Of a stretch of DNA of 32,000 nucleotides, positions 9,142 to 18,054 are shown piece by piece. Position 1 is the first letter of the stretch. Every line of letters starts with the position of its first letter. The position numbers and the translations under genes are program-made. This DNA is from Natranaeroarchaeum sulfidigenes (GTDB lineage: Archaea; Halobacteriota; Halobacteria; Halobacteriales; Natronoarchaeaceae): positions 2,514,788-2,546,787 of the forward strand of contig NZ_CP064786.1 of assembly GCF_017094485.1 (NCBI RefSeq), in the 5' to 3' direction. The notes under the pieces were generated by a model. It was not told the origin of the DNA and made no database searches. It saw nothing but the letters and a program-made list of their open reading frames with translations.

Positions 9142-9235
9142 GGTTGTCGGGAGAGCAGCGCGCCTGAAACGCAGGGTGCGTCGATGGCCCTCGTCGCTAC
9201 TTCTCAGGGGTTTCAGGCCGGGAAGACGTATAACG

Positions 9236-9247
9236 GTATCGCGATAC
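9236..9247. promoter_or_regulatory. Perfect 12-bp palindrome GTATCGCGATAC just downstream of a TATA-like hexamer upstream of metS
   Basis: Read directly from the sequence. TATAAC at 9229-9234. The palindrome would cover roughly -22 to -11 of the predicted start site. Confidence 0.3.
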
Positions 9248-9305
9248 TGGAACGGGTCAGTCGGAAACCAGCGGGTTTTACTCCGGCAAGGTACGAGGAG
9301 GGTGT

Positions 9306-11399
9306 ATGAGCAACGACGAGTTTCCGACGGACAGTCCTGCAGTGGTGACCTGCGGGCTGCCGTACGCCAACGGCGACCTGCATATCGGTCACCTGCGCGG
9401 GTATATCGGCGCTGACGCGTTCAACCGAAGTCTACAGACGCTGGGCCAGCAGTCGGCGTACGTCTGCGGATCGGACATGCACGGCACGCCGGTCGCGGTC
9501 AACGCCGAGAAGGAAGGTGTCGATCCCAAGACGTTCGCGCTGGAGTGGCACGAACAGTACGAGGAGACGTTTCCGAAGTTCAACGTCGATTTCGACAACT
9601 ACGGCCACACCCACGACGAGACGAACACCGAGTTGACTCAGGAGATCGTCCAAACCCTCGACGAGAACGGTTACATCTACGAGAAAGAGATTCAGGTCGC
9701 GTACGATCCCGACGCCGACCAGTATCTCCCGGATCGATACGTCGTCGGGACCTGCCCCTACTGCGGCGAAAAGGCTCGCGGCGACGAGTGCGACGAGGGC
9801 TGTCAGCGCCACCTCGAACCGGGTGAGGTCGAGGACCCTCGAAGTTCGATCACCGACAACCCCGCGGAGTACCGCGAGCGCACCCACAAGTTCTTCGAGG
9901 TTTCCGAATTTGCCGACTACCTCACTGACTTTCTCGACACCCTGGAAGGGACGTCGAACGCACGCAACCAGCCGCGCCAGTGGATCGAGGACGGCCTGCA
10001 GGACTGGTGTATCACCCGAGACATGGACTGGGGGATCGACTATCCCGAAAACGGGGGGGCCGATAAAGACGACGGTGACGACCTGGTACTGTACGTCTGG
10101 GTGGATGCACCGATCGAGTATATCGCCTCCACCAAGCAGTACAGCGAACGCGTCGGCAGCGACGAGTACGATTGGGAACAGGTCTGGAGGGAAAATGGCG
10201 ATATCGTCCACGTGATCGGCCGGGACATCATCCAGCACCACGCGATCTTCTGGCCGGCGATGCTCGAAGGAGCGGGCTACAACGCACCGCGCGGGATCGC
10301 CGCAACCGGCTTCATCACGATCAACGGAAAGGGCCTGTCGACGAGCCGGAACCGTGCAATCTGGGCCAAAGAATACCTCGACGAGGGGTTCCATCCCGAC
10401 CTCCTGCGGTACTATCTGACGACGACCGGCGGCCTCCAGCAGGACGTCGACTTCTCGTGGGACGCCTTCCGGGAGAAGGTCAACGGCGAGCTTGTGGGCA
10501 ACGTCGGGAACTTCCTCTACCGGAGTCTCCTGTTTGCGTACCGGAACTACGAGGGAACACCCGACGCGGACGTCTCCGCCGAGGTCGAAGAGCGCATCAA
10601 AGACGCCATCGAGGCGTTCCGGGCTGGCGTCAACGACTATTCGCTACGGGCGGTCGCCACCGCGACGCTCGAACTGACGAAGTTCGGCAACGAGTACATC
10701 CAGCGCAACGAGCCCTGGAACCTCGTCGACGACGATCCAGAAGAGGCTGCACAGGTCATCCGCGACTGCGTCCAGATCGCGAAGGCGACCGCCGTGCTGT
10801 TCGAGCCGATCGCCCCCGGCAAGGCCCAGCAAATCTGGGAACAGCTGGGAGAAGCGGGGACGGTCGCAGACGCAGAACTCGAGGACGCGCTCGCTTCCCC
10901 GCCCCGAGAATTCGACGAACCCGACGAACTGTTCGGCAAGATCGAGGACGACCGCGTCGCCGAACTCAACGAGAAACTCGACGAGCGTATCGGAGCAGCA
11001 ACGGACGAGGTGGCGGACGACGAGGAAGACAACGACGACGCGAGCGAGGACGATGTCACCGATGTAAAGCCAGTCCTCGACGACCGGATCAGCTTCGAGG
11101 AATTCCAGGACCTCGACATGCGAGTCGGCCGGATCGAGAGCGCCGAGGGTATCGACGGCGCAGACGAGTTGCTCCGCCTCGAAGTAGACATCGGCGTCGA
11201 GACGCGCCAGATCGTTGCGGGTCTGAAACAGCTTCACGAGGTAGACGAGCTGCCAGGGACGACGGTGATCGTGATGGCAAACCTGGAGCAGGCCGAGTTA
11301 TTCGGCGTCGAGAGCAACGGAATGGTGCTTGCAGCAGGCGAGCAGGCTGATCTGCTGACGACTCATGAAAACGCCAGGCCGGGAACAAAAGTGCAGTAG
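9306..11399 (+). CDS. metS: Methionyl-tRNA synthetase with a C-terminal Trbp111/EMAP-like tRNA-binding domain
   Basis: 697 aa. HIGH motif (DLHIGHLRGY), zinc knuckle CPYCGEKARGDECDEGC, KMSKS-region variant GKGLSTSRN, an acidic linker (DDEEDNDDASEDD), then an OB-fold tRNA-binding domain (MRVGRIESAE...IVAGLK...MVLAA). Confidence 0.95.
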   Translation: MSNDEFPTDSPAVVTCGLPYANGDLHIGHLRGYIGADAFNRSLQTLGQQSAYVCGSDMHGTPVAVNAEKEGVDPKTFALEWHEQYEETFPKFNVDFDNYGHTHDETNTELTQEIVQTLDENGYIYEKEIQVAYDPDADQYLPDRYVVGTCPYCGEKARGDECDEGCQRHLEPGEVEDPRSSITDNPAEYRERTHKFFEVSEFADYLTDFLDTLEGTSNARNQPRQWIEDGLQDWCITRDMDWGIDYPENGGADKDDGDDLVLYVWVDAPIEYIASTKQYSERVGSDEYDWEQVWRENGDIVHVIGRDIIQHHAIFWPAMLEGAGYNAPRGIAATGFITINGKGLSTSRNRAIWAKEYLDEGFHPDLLRYYLTTTGGLQQDVDFSWDAFREKVNGELVGNVGNFLYRSLLFAYRNYEGTPDADVSAEVEERIKDAIEAFRAGVNDYSLRAVATATLELTKFGNEYIQRNEPWNLVDDDPEEAAQVIRDCVQIAKATAVLFEPIAPGKAQQIWEQLGEAGTVADAELEDALASPPREFDEPDELFGKIEDDRVAELNEKLDERIGAATDEVADDEEDNDDASEDDVTDVKPVLDDRISFEEFQDLDMRVGRIESAEGIDGADELLRLEVDIGVETRQIVAGLKQLHEVDELPGTTVIVMANLEQAELFGVESNGMVLAAGEQADLLTTHENARPGTKVQ

Positions 11400-11449
11400 T
11401 CCGACGAGAGACTCGCTATGTTTTAGGGGAGACGCTCGAAACAGGGTAT

Positions 11450-11824
11450 ATGGGTCAACCGAGTTCCGCCCTTCCCACGTGGTGTGAGGGGGACAACTGG
11501 TGTCCGATGGAGTCGACGGCCGCGATCATCGGCAAGAAGTGGCACCCCGTCATCGTCCACACGTTACTGGAGAACGGGCCGCTCGGCTTCAATGCCCTGC
11601 AACGAAACCTGGGAAGCATCTCCTCGAAAGTCCTTTCGGAGAGCCTCGAAGACATGGAGGAAAAACACCTCCTCGAACGACGGGTTATCAGCGAGACGCC
11701 GTTCCGGGTCGAGTACGCGCTCACCGAGCACGGCGAATCGCTCGAGCCGGTGATCGATGCGATGACAGAGTGGGGCGAGGCGTATCTCGAAGAGGCCACA
11801 GAGCCCGCCGAATCGATCGTGTAG
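11450..11824 (+). CDS. HxlR family transcriptional regulator
   Basis: 124 aa. CPMESTAAIIGKKWHPVIVHTLLENGPLGFNALQRNLGSISSKVLSESLEDMEEKHLLERR...FRVEYALTEHGESL is canonical HxlR. TATA-like ATGTTTTAGG at 11418-11427. Confidence 0.85.
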   Translation: MGQPSSALPTWCEGDNWCPMESTAAIIGKKWHPVIVHTLLENGPLGFNALQRNLGSISSKVLSESLEDMEEKHLLERRVISETPFRVEYALTEHGESLEPVIDAMTEWGEAYLEEATEPAESIV

Positions 11825-11882
11825 TCGCCGCTCTACGGGCGTGGTCGGAACGTAAAAGTGTGCGCCGCGCAGTTTCCCTTCT

Positions 11883-12797
11883 ATGATCGATACGCTACTC
11901 GGACGCGCTGGCCTCAAAGAGCGTATTCACGAGCTAGAAGCCGAGCTAGCCGAGCTCGAAGAGGAACGCGACGGGCTGCGAGAGCAACTCGACGCCGCGG
12001 AGGAGCGGCGTGCCGACGCAGTCAGTGACCGGCAGGACGCGCAAGAACGGGTCAACCGGCTGGAGGACAAGGTAACACAGCTCGAAGATACGGTCGAACG
12101 ACTCCGGGACGAGGACAGCGAGATCTCGTTTCGTTCGGTCGACGACGTGCAAGGGGGGCGTCTGGCTGGAGTACTCGATCGTCTGGAGAGCTTCGAGACG
12201 GACGAGGAAGGAGTCTTTACAGCGATGGTGGACCGCCATGCCTCAGCGACGACGCGGGATGCCTTCGGTGAGCGAACGGCGCTCGTCGAGCGCGCCAGCC
12301 CCTGTCTGGCGATCACCGACGACGAGGGGCTGCTGAGCGTCGCGTTGCGTCCCCCTGTTGCCCCCGAGCCGTTCGAGCGGTGGGGTGAGCGCGTCGAGAT
12401 CGACCGCGAATGGTTCCGACCGACCGGCCGATACGCGGTGGCGCTCGTCCGGGCCGATCTGTTCGCACTCGGCGAGTACACGGGCGACGAGCAGCTATCG
12501 GCCAGCGGCTTCCGGACGGACGTGAAAGGCGATCACTCGAAGGGCGGCTACTCGCAGGCCCGCTTCGAGCGGCTCCGGGAAGAGCAGGTGCGTCGGCATC
12601 TGAACAAATGTCGAGAAAAGATCCAGGAACGGTCCGCAGATAGACTGTTCTTGCTCGGCGACGCCGAAGCGATCGACCGGCTAGAGGCGGACGTCGACCC
12701 CGCTGCAACGGGGACGGTGGACGCATCCGGCAAGCCCAAGCCAGCCCTGAAGAACGCAGTTCAGGAGTTTTTCACGGTCCGAATGTACACGCTGTGA
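11883..12797 (+). CDS. Vms1/ANKZF1-like (VLRF1, eRF1-fold) putative peptidyl-tRNA hydrolase with an N-terminal coiled coil
   Basis: 304 aa. Residues about 10-80 form a heptad-rich coiled coil (LKERIHELEAELAELEEERDGLREQL...). The C-terminal domain carries KGGYSQARFERLREEQ (G-x-x-Q loop, nt 12543-12557). Matches my recollection of haloarchaeal Vms1/Ankzf1-family proteins. TATA-like GTAAAAGT at 11852-11859. Confidence 0.65.
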   Translation: MIDTLLGRAGLKERIHELEAELAELEEERDGLREQLDAAEERRADAVSDRQDAQERVNRLEDKVTQLEDTVERLRDEDSEISFRSVDDVQGGRLAGVLDRLESFETDEEGVFTAMVDRHASATTRDAFGERTALVERASPCLAITDDEGLLSVALRPPVAPEPFERWGERVEIDREWFRPTGRYAVALVRADLFALGEYTGDEQLSASGFRTDVKGDHSKGGYSQARFERLREEQVRRHLNKCREKIQERSADRLFLLGDAEAIDRLEADVDPAATGTVDASGKPKPALKNAVQEFFTVRMYTL

Positions 12798-12842
12798 CAT
12801 CGGGTGTCGGAGCGTACGCTGAATATTCAACAATGACCGCTG

Positions 12843-15308
12843 TCAGTCGTCCGTTCCGGACGACATGGTACCGGCCGCCGTCTCGGCCACGGTCACCGCC
12901 GCCGCGTTCTCGGCGACGTCGTGCACGCGAACGATATCTACACCGCGCTCGGTCGCAAGCGTCGTTCCGGCGATCGTCGACGGCAGGCGCTCGTCGGCGT
13001 CTTGGCCGGACAGCGCGAACATCGACTTGTGCGAATGGCCGACCATGATCGGACAACCAAGCGCGGCGAGTTCGTCACACCGGTCCAGTAGCTCGAAGCT
13101 TTCCGCCGAACTTTTTCCGAAGCCCAGTCCGGGATCGACAACGATCTGCTCGCGGTCGAGCCCTGCTTTCTCGGCGAGCAGGACGCGTTCTGCGAGCTGG
13201 TCGATCACGTCCTCGACGACGTCGTCGTACTCGATTTCGGTGTCGGGATCGACCGGCGCGTCAACGCTGTGCATGACGACGAGGGCAGCGTCGTGCTCGG
13301 CGGCGACAAAGCGCATCTCTGGATCTTCGAGGCCGGACACGTCGTTGATAATGTCCGCACCCGCCTCGACGGCGGCCCGGGCAACCTCGGCTTTGCGGGT
13401 GTCCACGGAGATCATCGCATCCAGGTCGGCGATTGCCTCTATCACCGGGACGACGCGATCTATCTCCTCGTCGACGCTCACCGGCTCGGCACCGGGACGT
13501 GTGCTCTCGCCGCCCACGTCGAGGATCGCCGCGCCGTTTGCGACCATCCGCTCGGCGCGCTCGCGGGCCTCGGCGACGGCGTTGTACTCGCCCCCATCGT
13601 GAAAGCTATCCGGCGTGATGTTGAGGATGCCCATCACGGCGGTCCCGTCGTCCCACGGGTAGCCGGAGTCGGGCTCGGCCGTACGGATCCCCAGAGTCTC
13701 GCGGATCTCCTCGCCGACGACCGAGAGGCCGTAGGGCTGTCCGTCGAGTTTGTCCACGAGCCGGTTGAACTGGGCCATCGTCGCCATCATCACGACGTCG
13801 ATGATAACGTCGTCCTGATCGTTCAGCCCGGAAAGGGCACACTCGCCGCCGAGGCTGAGCAGTTCCTCCTTGAGATACTGGGCCTGTCGCTTCTGTACGC
13901 GGGTTTTGAGCACGCGGTGGACTCCTTTGCCGCGCATCCGCCAGACGCCCGGATCGGTGACGTGGGCGTCCGAGAGGACCGCGCGGGCATCGTTTATCTC
14001 CTCGACTCGTTTTGGCACCTGCAAGCGCGTCCATCGCGTCCGGGCCTCGGCGACTGTAAAGAGCGAGCCAGTAACGAGCACGCAGTCGTCGGCGTCGGCC
14101 TCGCGCAGCGCTCGCGAGAGCGCGCCCTCGACGGAGTTGTTCGTGACGACCTCCTCGGCCCCGCTGGCCTCGAACACACGCGCAAGTACGGCCTCGTCCT
14201 CGGCACGGTCCAGATCGGGCTGACACGCCACGACGCGATCGGCAGTGGGGAGCGTGTCGGCCATAGCGCGGTGGTCCTTGTCGTGCATCGCACCGAAGAC
14301 GAGATGGAGGTCGTCGTACTCGAACTCCGTCAGGACCTCCGCGATCCGCTCGCAGGCACCAGGGTTGTGTGCGCCGTCCAGCACGGTCAGGGGCTCCTGC
14401 TCCACGACCTCGAACCGGCCGGGCCAGTGCGAGCGCCGGAGGCCGGTCTCGATCGTGGTTTCGGCGAGGTCGCCCCCCTGCTCGTCGATGACGTGCCGGG
14501 CGAGCGTCGCCGCGATGGCCGCGTTCTCGGACTGGTGGGCACCCAGTGTCGGGAGCCGCGTGTCGACTGACCAGTCCGGCCCCTCGATTCCGATTGCGGC
14601 TTCGGTGTGATTCGTCCGGCCACCGTAGGTCGGTACGACATCGCCGCCCGCGCCGACGGTGACGACCTCACCAGCAATCGAGCGGACCGCGTCGAGCGCT
14701 ACACCGTCGACGCCCGTGACCAGTGGCGCATCGGCGGGTGCGACGTGTGCTTTGTCCTGTGCGATCTCCTCGATTGTATCGCCGAGGACGCCGGTGTGTT
14801 CCAGCGTGACGGAGGTGACTGCGCTGGCGACCGGATCGACGACGCTCGTGGCATCTTTCTTGCCGCCGATGCCGACCTCCAGCACGACGACGTCGACGCC
14901 CTCGCGGGCGAACTGCCAGAGCGCCATCGCCGTCGTCGCCTCGAAGAAAGTGGGAGAGATCCCCTCAGCACCTCGGTCGCGGACGTGCCCCTCGACGTGC
15001 TCGACGAACTCGCAGACGGCCGCTTTCGGGATCTTGCGCCCGTCGACGCGAATGCGTTCGCGCAGGTCCTCCAGATGTGGCGACGTAAAGAGTCCGACGG
15101 TGAGACCGGCCTCCCGGAGGATCGACTCCGTCATTCGGGCCGTGCTGCCCTTGCCGTTCGAGCCAGCGACCTGCACGCAGTCGAGATCGTCGTGTGGGTC
15201 GTCCAGTGCGGCGAGCAGATCCGCGGTCGACTCGATCCCTGGGCGTGGACCGAACCGACGCAGATCGTAGAGGAAGTTCGCCGCGTCGTGGAACTTCATA
15301 CGAAACAC
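12843..15308 (-). CDS. folCP: Bifunctional folylpolyglutamate/dihydrofolate synthase and dihydropteroate synthase (FolC-FolP fusion)
   Basis: 821 aa. N-terminal Mur-ligase P-loop VAGSNGKGSTARM with DGAHNP. C-terminal DHPS motifs GILNITPDSFHDGG and DVGGESTRPG. An unassigned basic segment of about 115 aa lies between them. Confidence 0.9.
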   Translation of the reverse strand: MFRMKFHDAANFLYDLRRFGPRPGIESTADLLAALDDPHDDLDCVQVAGSNGKGSTARMTESILREAGLTVGLFTSPHLEDLRERIRVDGRKIPKAAVCEFVEHVEGHVRDRGAEGISPTFFEATTAMALWQFAREGVDVVVLEVGIGGKKDATSVVDPVASAVTSVTLEHTGVLGDTIEEIAQDKAHVAPADAPLVTGVDGVALDAVRSIAGEVVTVGAGGDVVPTYGGRTNHTEAAIGIEGPDWSVDTRLPTLGAHQSENAAIAATLARHVIDEQGGDLAETTIETGLRRSHWPGRFEVVEQEPLTVLDGAHNPGACERIAEVLTEFEYDDLHLVFGAMHDKDHRAMADTLPTADRVVACQPDLDRAEDEAVLARVFEASGAEEVVTNNSVEGALSRALREADADDCVLVTGSLFTVAEARTRWTRLQVPKRVEEINDARAVLSDAHVTDPGVWRMRGKGVHRVLKTRVQKRQAQYLKEELLSLGGECALSGLNDQDDVIIDVVMMATMAQFNRLVDKLDGQPYGLSVVGEEIRETLGIRTAEPDSGYPWDDGTAVMGILNITPDSFHDGGEYNAVAEARERAERMVANGAAILDVGGESTRPGAEPVSVDEEIDRVVPVIEAIADLDAMISVDTRKAEVARAAVEAGADIINDVSGLEDPEMRFVAAEHDAALVVMHSVDAPVDPDTEIEYDDVVEDVIDQLAERVLLAEKAGLDREQIVVDPGLGFGKSSAESFELLDRCDELAALGCPIMVGHSHKSMFALSGQDADERLPSTIAGTTLATERGVDIVRVHDVAENAAAVTVAETAAGTMSSGTDD

Positions 15309-15343
15309 GTCCCGTGCCGTGCGCTTTAGACTGTCGGATGGCG

Positions 15344-15772
15344 CTACTCGATCCGGGCGTACACGACGTAGTACGCGATTACGAGCACGATCAGCAGGAG
15401 GGCAAAGGCCGTCGCGGCGACGAGCGCGTCGTCGGTAGTCGCGAAGTCGTCGAGCCGGAAGCTGATGATCTCCCGGGCCACGGCGATGATTGCCGCACCG
15501 ATGACCGTGCGGACGACCGGTCCGTCACGGACGTACGCCAGCAGCGTTCGGTGGACCTCGACGATGATCAACAACAGCAACACGGTATCGAGCAACCGGA
15601 CCAGCGCGACCGGTTCGGTGAACTGGCCCGTCACGAACAACTCGTACAGGCCGATCAGGATGTCGAAAACGCCGACCAGAAACAGAATCAACAGGACGTA
15701 AGCGGTCGCGAGGACCAGCCAGTCCATCGCCGTCTGGCTCGGAGCAGAAAGCTGTCGCAACCGGTTTCCCAT
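15344..15772 (-). CDS. PsiE-family (phosphate-starvation-inducible) membrane protein
   Basis: Start set at the internal ATG (15772-15770, MGNRLRQL...). Core LIGLYELF...LLDTVLLLLIIVEVHRTLLAY...IIAVAREII matches the PsiE pattern. 4 TM. Confidence 0.7.
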   Translation of the reverse strand: MGNRLRQLSAPSQTAMDWLVLATAYVLLILFLVGVFDILIGLYELFVTGQFTEPVALVRLLDTVLLLLIIVEVHRTLLAYVRDGPVVRTVIGAAIIAVAREIISFRLDDFATTDDALVAATAFALLLIVLVIAYYVVYARIE

Positions 15773-15917
15773 ACACGTGGAATGACCTGTCGGGTAAAAA
15801 AACGAATCCCTGACGAGCCCGTTCGTCCGGGTGCGTTCCTCCTTGCCAGCCACTCTCCGGCCCGACGCCCGACCCACATCTCGAATTCTGAACGGTTGAA
15901 CAGGAGGGACTCGCGGG

Positions 15918-15927
15918 TTTTATATTT
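15918..15927 (+). promoter_or_regulatory. TATA box for the aconitase gene (leaderless configuration)
   Basis: TTTTATATTT centred about 29 nt upstream of ATG 15952. Confidence 0.5.
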
Positions 15928-15951
15928 GAGGAAAGACGATATCCGCGCGCT

Positions 15952-17919
15952 ATGGGAAAAACACTAACAGAGAAGATCCTCGATGATCACCTCGTCGAAG
16001 GCGAGCTGACGCCCGGCGAGGAGATCGGTATCGAGATCGATCAGGTTCTCACTCAGGATACTACCGGGACGATGGTCTGGCTGCAGTTCGAGGCGATGGG
16101 CCTGGAGGAGGTCCAGACCGAGATTGCCGCCCAGTACTGTGACCACCAGACCTATCAGTTCGACTTCAAGAATACGGACGACCACCGCTTCCTGCGCTCT
16201 GCAGCCGGTACTTTTGGGGCACACTTCTCCCGCCCCGGCAACGGTATCTGCCACAACGTCCACCGCGAGAACTTCGCGGCCCCCGGCAAGACGATGCTGG
16301 GTTCGGACTCTCACACCCCGACGCCCGGCGGGCTCGGCGAGCTTGCCATCGGTGCAGGTGGGATCGACGTCACCGTCGCGATGGGTGGCGCACCGTACTA
16401 CATCGAGATGCCGGAAGTCGTCAGCGTTCGACTCGAGGGTGAACTCCCCGAGTGGGCAACCGCGAAAGACGTCATCCTCGAGCTGCTCCGACGTCTCTCC
16501 GTGAAGGGTGGCGTCGGAAAGATCCTCGAGTACACCGGTCCGGGCGTCGAGACGCTCACCGCTCCCGAGCGCATGACGATCACCAACATGGGCACGGAGC
16601 TCGGTGCGACCTCCTCGATCTTCCCGACCGACGAGCAGACGAAAGACTACCTCGAACGCGTTGGCCGCGGCGAGGAGTACGTTGAGCTCCAGCCCGACGA
16701 CGACGCCGAGTATCACGACGAGATTGTCGTCGATCTCTCTGATCTGGAACCGCTCATCGCACAGCCCTCGATGCCCGACAACGTCGTGCCCGTCAGCGAG
16801 GCCGCTGGCGAGGACGTCGAGCAGGTCATCGTCGGCTCCTGTACGAACGGCGGCTACGAGGACATCCTCCCCGTCGCGAAGATGCTGGAAGGCCGCGAGG
16901 TCTCTATGGAGACCGAGACCATCGTTGCACCCGGCTCCAAGCAGGCCTCCGAGATGCTCGCCCGGGAGGGATGGGTCGCCGAGATGATGGCGGCTGGCGT
17001 CAACTTCTCCGAGTCGACCTGTGGTGCCTGTATCGGTATCGGTCACGTGCCGGCGAGCGACTCCGTGTCGCTGCGGACCTTCAACCGCAACTTCGAGGGG
17101 CGTTCGGGTATCGAAGACGACAACGTCTACCTCTGTTCGCCCGAGGTCGCCGCCGCCGCGGCGCTCAAAGGCGAGATCGTCGATCCGCGTGAACTCGAGG
17201 ACGAGGGCATCGAGGCACCAGGCGTCGAACTGCCCGATCAGTACGACGGCTCCAAGACGGACCTCATCGCACCCGACGAGGCCGTCGACGACGAGCTCAT
17301 CAAGGGCCCCAACATCGGCGACGTGCCGCTGAAGGACGAACTCGACAGCGACCTCGCGGGTGAGGCGCTGCTCAAGATGGACGACAACATCACGACCGAC
17401 CACATCATTCCTGCGACCCAGGACATCCTGATGTACCGGTCGAACATCGACAAGCTCTCCGAGTTCACCCTCTCGCGTGTCGACGATACCTTCGCACAGC
17501 GAGCGGCCGACGCCGACGGCGGCTTCCTCGTCGCCGGCGAGAACTACGGGCAGGGCTCCTCGCGCGAACACGCCGCCATGTGCCCGATGTATCTGGGCAT
17601 CGACGGCGTGCTCGCACAGAGCTTCGCACGGATCCACCGCGCGAACCTGTTTAACTTCGGGCTCGTTCCGCTGATCATCGACGAAGACACCTACGAGAAG
17701 ATCAACCAGGGCGACGACATCGAGATCGTCGACGACGTCCGCGAGGGCGTCGAGAGCGGACAGGAGGAGTTCACCGTCCGCGTCAACGACGACTGGGAAG
17801 CGACCGCACAGCTCAAAGCCTCCCGGCGCGAGCGCGACATGCTCTCGCTGGGCGGCAAGCTCCCGTGGACGAAACAGCAAGCCGAAGGCGGCGACAGTCC
17901 CGCTCCCGCGGACGACTGA
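15952..17919 (+). CDS. acnA: Aconitate hydratase (archaeal about-655-aa type)
   Basis: MGKTLTEKILDDHL..., DQVLTQDTTG, GSDSHTP, and Fe-S ligand motifs GSCTNGG and CGACIGIGH. C-terminal swivel domain GENYGQGSSREHAA. Confidence 0.92.
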   Translation: MGKTLTEKILDDHLVEGELTPGEEIGIEIDQVLTQDTTGTMVWLQFEAMGLEEVQTEIAAQYCDHQTYQFDFKNTDDHRFLRSAAGTFGAHFSRPGNGICHNVHRENFAAPGKTMLGSDSHTPTPGGLGELAIGAGGIDVTVAMGGAPYYIEMPEVVSVRLEGELPEWATAKDVILELLRRLSVKGGVGKILEYTGPGVETLTAPERMTITNMGTELGATSSIFPTDEQTKDYLERVGRGEEYVELQPDDDAEYHDEIVVDLSDLEPLIAQPSMPDNVVPVSEAAGEDVEQVIVGSCTNGGYEDILPVAKMLEGREVSMETETIVAPGSKQASEMLAREGWVAEMMAAGVNFSESTCGACIGIGHVPASDSVSLRTFNRNFEGRSGIEDDNVYLCSPEVAAAAALKGEIVDPRELEDEGIEAPGVELPDQYDGSKTDLIAPDEAVDDELIKGPNIGDVPLKDELDSDLAGEALLKMDDNITTDHIIPATQDILMYRSNIDKLSEFTLSRVDDTFAQRAADADGGFLVAGENYGQGSSREHAAMCPMYLGIDGVLAQSFARIHRANLFNFGLVPLIIDEDTYEKINQGDDIEIVDDVREGVESGQEEFTVRVNDDWEATAQLKASRRERDMLSLGGKLPWTKQQAEGGDSPAPADD

Positions 17920-17937
17920 ATCGATATTCGGAACAGA

Positions 17938-17944
17938 TTTTTTT
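17938..17944 (+). terminator. T7 tract 19 nt after the aconitase stop
   Basis: Oligo-T tracts are the established archaeal termination signal. ATTTTTTTG is read directly from the sequence. Confidence 0.45.
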
Positions 17945-18054
17945 GCTGTCGACGCACGAGCGGCGTGTCTGTTGATTGTCAAATCACTGATGGCCAGCCG
18001 TCCGAGCGCTCTGCAAGGATAGAGCTTAACGACCCGAGGCGCGTAGCCGAGGTA

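Noticed and set aside
10172-11350. 392-aa alternate-frame ORF inside metS; similarly 427-1188, 930-1580, 4312-5433 and 15194-15967
   Set aside because: Extremely Arg/Pro/Gly-rich translations in the wrong frame of well-supported genes, or spanning promoters. These are artefacts of high GC3.
13269-14570. 433-aa plus-strand ORF, and other long ORFs (12865-13602, 14607-15329, 14659-15270), opposite folCP
   Set aside because: Shadow ORFs of the 821-aa FolC-FolP gene. They have no motifs and a non-halophilic composition.
15964-17982. 672-aa reverse-strand ORF covering the aconitase gene
   Set aside because: Same reasoning. It mirrors a gene with intact Fe-S ligand motifs, and its composition is basic and low in complexity.
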